A stretch of DNA of 20,000 nucleotides, from the IMG/VR virus record IMGVR_UViG_3300025738_000003. One strand, written 5' to 3'. Source of the stretch: an uncultured virus (IMG/VR IMGVR_UViG_3300025738_000003) (Duplodnaviria; Heunggongvirae; Uroviricota; Caudoviricetes). Below, one piece after another: positions 15,931-20,000 of this stretch. The notes below the pieces were generated by a model. The model saw nothing but the letters and a program-made list of their open reading frames with translations. It made no database searches and was not told the DNA's origin. A program made the position numbers and the translations under genes. Position 1 is the stretch's first letter. The number at the start of each line of letters is the position of its first letter.

Positions 15931-15973
15931 CGCGTCACAAAGCAAGCCGTTTATCAGGGTGATAAAAAACAAA

Positions 15974-16047
15974 TAAACACATTTCGTGGTTAAATGTCAC
16001 GAAATGTGTTTACAGGCGTGGCCTAAAAATATACCATCTTCTATAAC
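15974..16047 (+). promoter_or_regulatory. late (pR'-like) promoter with paired operators
   Basis: Perfect 15-bp inverted repeat TAAACACATTTCGTG / CACGAAATGTGTTTA (15974-16012). TTTACA (16009-16014), 17 bp, TACCAT (16032-16037), with a second -10-like TATAAC at 16042-16047. Confidence 0.7.
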
Positions 16048-16091
16048 GTGTACTTCTTGCGTTGATTTGACTACAACAATTGCTCCCTTAT

Positions 16092-16123
16092 AGCCGCTTC
16101 TTTCATGAGTCGCGGTTTTTTTT
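16092..16123 (+). terminator. tR'-like leader terminator upstream of the lysis genes
   Basis: AGCCGC...GCGGTT followed by a T run, between the late promoter and the endolysin start. Confidence 0.7.
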
Positions 16124-16138
16124 CGTCTGGAATTTACT

Positions 16139-16621
16139 ATGACCTTTCATTACGGCGTTACCTCGGTTTCAAGTCTTAAAGTTATTTGTAAGCGCGTGGT
16201 TGCTGTGCTTGGTGGTGGTGACGATGCCGTTAATTTATTAATTGAAACCTGTTGCGCTGAAACGTTGGCGGGTCTTTATCCTGATAATACACCTGAGCGT
16301 TTAGGGGTTGGCGTGACGCAAATAGACCAAATCGCCTTAGATGATATTCACCAAGAGGGTGAACAACGTCATTTTGATTTGATCGCGCAAGAGTTTGGTT
16401 ATGACATTAAAAAAACCCGCCTCTCCTATTTAGCGTTTAACCCTGAGTTAGCCGTTATTATTGCCCGTTTAGTTTATAAGCGTAAACCGCAAGCCATACC
16501 CGAAACATTATGTGGTCGCGCTGACTACTGGAAAGAGTTTTATAACACGGCGGCGGGCAAAGGCAGTTGTTTACATTACTTTGATAACGTGGCCGAAGTA
16601 TTAGGCGAGGAATGGCGCTAA
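16139..16621 (+). CDS. putative endolysin (lysozyme-like fold)
   Basis: LLIETCCAET (candidate catalytic Glu), GVGVTQID, AVIIARLVY...IP and RADYWKEFYNTAAGKG, as in marine phage lysozyme-like proteins. First gene of the late operon. Confidence 0.75.
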   Translation: MTFHYGVTSVSSLKVICKRVVAVLGGGDDAVNLLIETCCAETLAGLYPDNTPERLGVGVTQIDQIALDDIHQEGEQRHFDLIAQEFGYDIKKTRLSYLAFNPELAVIIARLVYKRKPQAIPETLCGRADYWKEFYNTAAGKGSCLHYFDNVAEVLGEEWR

Positions 16622-16863
16622 TGAATAACAACAACTCGCCAGAGCAATGGCACATGAAAAAAGAAATCAACCTTGCTCATGTGATCGTCACTGTGTCGAT
16701 GGTCATTACCATGATGTGGTTTTTTGCTGATCTCGATAAACGCATTGACGGCAACACCAAAGACATTACTCATATTCAAGAGCAGCGCACCGAAGATGTA
16801 CAGCGCACAGTAAAACAGCTCGATAAAATAAACACCAAATTAGATAAGTTACTGATTCGCTAG
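16612..16863 (+). CDS. single-TM coiled-coil lysis-cassette protein (holin/antiholin-like)
   Basis: WHMKKEINLAHVIVTVSMVITMMWFF TM segment, then a coiled coil ending LDKINTKLDKLL. Two in-frame ATGs (16612 and 16621). Confidence 0.65.
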   Translation: MALMNNNNSPEQWHMKKEINLAHVIVTVSMVITMMWFFADLDKRIDGNTKDITHIQEQRTEDVQRTVKQLDKINTKLDKLLIR

Positions 16864-16878
16864 TCAAGGTTAATAAAC

Positions 16879-17043
16879 ATGATTCATTCCAGCATTTGCG
16901 GCCCTATTCATGGTCCTGTCCATAGTTCTATCTTAGGGCATTTTCCGTTGTTTTCACAAAAATTTCCAAACAGCTTTATTCAAGGGTGGAATGAACCCAT
17001 CAACATGAACGGCATCATTTATTTAAACCAAATTTTAGGATAG
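16879..17043 (+). CDS. small hypothetical protein (54 aa), not in the ORF track
   Basis: MIHSSICGPIHGPVHSSILGHF...NQILG*. AAGGT RBS; fills the gap, and its 3' end carries the AGGA RBS of the next gene. Confidence 0.6.
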   Translation: MIHSSICGPIHGPVHSSILGHFPLFSQKFPNSFIQGWNEPINMNGIIYLNQILG

Positions 17044-17050
17044 CAATAAC

Positions 17051-18811
17051 ATGACAATTCCACATTTAATAAAAGGCGTTTCAAACGTTGATGATTTATT
17101 TGATCGTGTAAACGCTCTTATTACCGCACAAACTGGGGTTGAACTGCCTGTTGTAGCAGCTCCTTTTGATATATGGATGGTGGCGGGTCAATCACTTTCA
17201 ATCGGCACATTAAACCCTGCATTTAACGTGAAGCCACCGCAGCCGCAAATACCCAGTAACTTTAAAATGTTTAATCAAGTTGGCTCAACTGGCGTACAAG
17301 ATAGAGCACTAATCCCAAGTGACATTAATGAGTTAGTAGCGTATCAAGAGCAAGGCGAATCGGGCATGGCTAGCTATTACACGCTAGGGACTACATTTTT
17401 AGCTGGAACTACAACCAAGGAAACCGCATGGATTCCTGCGGGTAAAGGCGGTGGGTCTATAGAAAATATCGGTAAAGACGGTTCATATGCGTGCTATGCG
17501 AACCAGCAAGCTATGCTAGCAAGGCTAAAGGTATTGCAAAGCAGTGCAACCGTTAAAGGGATTATTTTCATTCATGGTGGTGCTAATTATCAGGACACCA
17601 AGCAAGAATACTACGATAAAATGGTAGCGTTTTTAGCTGACCAAATAAGTGCTATACAAGCTGAATATCCCAACCAAACCCCTCCTTTGTACATATATCA
17701 ACACGGTGGCGAGCGAATTACCGATCAGGTACAACAAGCTCAGTTACAAATGGCTAAAGATGGGTTGGCTGTTTGTGTTGGTGCAACATACTGGCTCAAC
17801 AGACAGCACCCCAATACGTCTGAGGGGCTTAACGGGTCAACAAACTTTGAAAGAATACACCTGAACCCACTTGGTTATCAGTATTTGGGTGATATGTTCA
17901 AAAGAGCCGTCAAACTTGGTACGTCATTCAAGCCATTGCATGTAGAAAGTTATGAATGGGTAACAACAAAGCAATTAAAGTTACATGTACATAACCCTGA
18001 GATTGGCTCGACGCTTGTTATTGATACTACTCAGCCATTTTTACCAGCCTTTGCGGGCAGTGGCATAGAGGTCGAACGGCCTAATGGTGAGCTTTTCCCT
18101 GCAACCAACGTTACTGTCAATGAGAACACAATCACTGTTGATTTTGCTGGTGACGTGCTGATAGGTGACAGGATTCGGTTAGGTTTTACGCCAGAAGATA
18201 TGAAATATGACGGTGAATTTGCACCTAACCCAGCTATAGGTTCATACCCTTCTGCAATGATAGGCACAAACATAAGGGGCAGCAAGTCATTACCAGCAAG
18301 CCTTGGTAATGATGATTACTATGATTGGCTTGCGGTTGATTCGATAGATACCGAGGCGCTGCCATCTTCACCTGTAGTTGCTCGCGGTAATAATTGTTGG
18401 AAAACTGGGGCAACACAAGGTATAGCGGGATGGGGTTCTTCTCGCACTTTCCTTGGTGGGGTTATGACTGTCGTTACTGATGGTATTTCGGAGGAATTCC
18501 CGATATCACGAAGCCTACAAAATGCAGGGACAAATAAAGAGCACAGTACATGGAATATAAAAGCCGCTCGTACTTTTGAGTTTACCGCTAATGCCGCTAT
18601 TGATACTGATATAGCGTATTACCAAGTATTTATCGGAGGTGCTGGGACAAACATAGCACAATCAGACATAGTGGATGGCAAAGTAACGCTACAACTAACC
18701 GCAACAATTGATTTTGATATCCGTGTAGCATTGAAAGAACGAACTGGTGAGGATATCACAGCATTTACTGGCCACTTGAGTGATATAGAAATTAGAGAGG
18801 TGTTTAGCTAA
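17051..18811 (+). CDS. SGNH hydrolase, sialate O-acetylesterase (SASA)-like, with C-terminal beta-rich domains
   Basis: Block I WMVAGQSLSIG, block II GKGGGSI, block III FIHGGAN and block V ERIHLNPLGY. No signal peptide. Confidence 0.75.
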   Translation: MTIPHLIKGVSNVDDLFDRVNALITAQTGVELPVVAAPFDIWMVAGQSLSIGTLNPAFNVKPPQPQIPSNFKMFNQVGSTGVQDRALIPSDINELVAYQEQGESGMASYYTLGTTFLAGTTTKETAWIPAGKGGGSIENIGKDGSYACYANQQAMLARLKVLQSSATVKGIIFIHGGANYQDTKQEYYDKMVAFLADQISAIQAEYPNQTPPLYIYQHGGERITDQVQQAQLQMAKDGLAVCVGATYWLNRQHPNTSEGLNGSTNFERIHLNPLGYQYLGDMFKRAVKLGTSFKPLHVESYEWVTTKQLKLHVHNPEIGSTLVIDTTQPFLPAFAGSGIEVERPNGELFPATNVTVNENTITVDFAGDVLIGDRIRLGFTPEDMKYDGEFAPNPAIGSYPSAMIGTNIRGSKSLPASLGNDDYYDWLAVDSIDTEALPSSPVVARGNNCWKTGATQGIAGWGSSRTFLGGVMTVVTDGISEEFPISRSLQNAGTNKEHSTWNIKAARTFEFTANAAIDTDIAYYQVFIGGAGTNIAQSDIVDGKVTLQLTATIDFDIRVALKERTGEDITAFTGHLSDIEIREVFS

Positions 18812-18825
18812 ATATTTATGAGTAA

Positions 18826-18859
18826 AGAGGAAACCTTAACAAGTTTCCTCTGCTTCTTT
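18826..18859 (+). terminator. terminator hairpin closing the late operon
   Basis: AGAGGAAAC-CTTAACAA-GTTTCCTCT-GCTTCTTT between convergent genes. Confidence 0.65.
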
Positions 18860-18876
18860 TCCGTATTTATTAAGGG

Positions 18877-19062
18877 TTAACTTCCATCTTGGAAATGTTT
18901 TATTTTATCTAAAATATGTTGCGGTGCTTCACGTTTAATCTTCCCGTTCTTAAATGTGATTTTCAATTGCTTCATTTCATTAGATGTAAGGACATAAGAA
19001 AGCAATTCGTAACATGCTTTAATTGCCTGGTCTTTCAATCGTTCGTTCATATATGTGTTCAT
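18877..19062 (-). CDS. small hypothetical protein
   Basis: AAGGAG RBS; downstream of the short recombinase. Confidence 0.65.
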   Translation of the reverse strand: MNTYMNERLKDQAIKACYELLSYVLTSNEMKQLKITFKNGKIKREAPQHILDKIKHFQDGS

Positions 19063-19127
19063 TTATTTCTCCTTTAATTGTTTTGGGGTCATTGTGGTTA
19101 ACGGAGCGAGAACGTTTGTAGTACCAG

Positions 19128-19793
19128 CTAAAGCCATTCAACGGCTAACATTTCTTTAATTATATTTTGGTCAATAACAACGTATTGAATCGTAGTTTCA
19201 ACGCTATCATGGCCTAAAATACGCGCCATTTGATCAAGTGTTGTTCCACTGGTAACCGCATTAGTTACCAGGGACTTTCTACCAGAATGACTACTAGCCG
19301 AATTATAACCAGACTTTTTATAAATCTTTCTTATGATCGCTTCAAGCGCATCACAAGCCAGATAAATTTTTATAGTTTTATCCGTCATTTTTCGCGGTTG
19401 CGGCTGTATTGAATAAGCACGACCTCGATTGTTAAAAATCAATTTACTGTTAGGGCTCAGCCCTTGATATTTGTTGTCACCAGATAAACCCCAACGCCGT
19501 GATATTCGATAATCAATCCACTCTTGAATAATTAGCCGACTGACTTTATTGGTTAGCCAAATGGTACGGGGCTTTAAGCTCTTGCAAATTTTAGAGGGTA
19601 AATGAATTTCTTCACGTATAAGGCCGCTTGGATAAATAACATTCTCTACTTCAAGTAATGATATTTCGGTTACGCGCATAGCTGCATGACTAAGAACTAT
19701 CACACAACGTTTCATTTCTTTGTCTTGCATGATTAAACAAGTTTTAAGAACGCGCTTAATTTCGTGGGGTTTTAATGAATTGGCTTTGCTCAT
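19128..19793 (-). CDS. short tyrosine recombinase (catalytic domain only)
   Basis: AMRVTEI, ICKS, SSHSGRKS and ILGH...TTIQY. 221 aa with a GGAG RBS and no N-terminal binding domains. Confidence 0.9.
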   Translation of the reverse strand: MSKANSLKPHEIKRVLKTCLIMQDKEMKRCVIVLSHAAMRVTEISLLEVENVIYPSGLIREEIHLPSKICKSLKPRTIWLTNKVSRLIIQEWIDYRISRRWGLSGDNKYQGLSPNSKLIFNNRGRAYSIQPQPRKMTDKTIKIYLACDALEAIIRKIYKKSGYNSASSHSGRKSLVTNAVTSGTTLDQMARILGHDSVETTIQYVVIDQNIIKEMLAVEWL

Positions 19794-20000
19794 TGTCGCT
19801 TATCTCCATGTAATTAGGGGAAAAGCAGACAATGGCTATTAGTCACTGCCTAGCTACTTTAAAGCTAGTGTTTACGGACTTCAACGGAAAATTACTAATT
19901 AGGCAATATTGTCTCTTAGTGCTTTATAGTTAGGCCATTCCATTACTCTTAACTGTCACATCTGATTTTTGTGCATTAGCCTTTTCATATGACATAACGT

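Larger units (their letters stand above)
10185..15940. mobile_element. temperate-phage-derived immunity/early module embedded in a plasmid backbone
   Basis: Divergent cI/cro. Leftward: dam and a coiled-coil gene. Rightward: overlapping small genes, a Q-like gene and a tyrosine recombinase. A late promoter and lysis genes follow. Confidence 0.8.

Noticed and set aside
1337..19412. Shadow ORFs in the track (for example 1337-1537, 1525-1716, 3012-3299, 3626-3826, 4473-4679, 5131-5454, 6821-7099, 8714-8998, 10495-10935, 11143-11833, 12699-12923, 15335-15590, 16458-16670, 17649-18416, 19230-19412)
   Set aside because: They overlap better-supported genes on the opposite strand or in another frame and show no protein-family features.

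Overview
AT-rich mobile DNA, probably from a marine gammaproteobacterium (host is an inference), that fuses a plasmid backbone to a temperate-phage control and lysis module. Plasmid side: IncFII-type repA with a CopA-like antisense RNA and a downstream DnaA-box origin, a serine resolvase with a res site, a type Ib parA/adaptor pair with AT-rich centromere repeats, a KfrA-like protein, and an array of small genes (DUF1391, orphan C5 methylase, hypotheticals) driven by duplicated operator-promoters. Phage side: Dam-type methylase, a cI/cro switch, a Q-like antiterminator, a tyrosine recombinase, a pR'/tR'-like late promoter, endolysin-like and holin-like genes and an SGNH esterase. A 3-TM holin region lies at the left edge and a second, short tyrosine recombinase at the right edge. 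No terminase, portal, capsid, phage replication or conjugation genes are visible in the window. The two most notable signals are (i) a palindromic CACR-N3-YGTG operator shared by the cI/cro switch, the late promoter, the dam operon, the plasmid repA leader and an uncharacterised operon, and (ii) that operon itself, which encodes a small FlgM-like peptide, a polytopic membrane protein and an HTH protein. It is a candidate peptide-signalling switch for a repressor that lacks an Ala-Gly autocleavage site.
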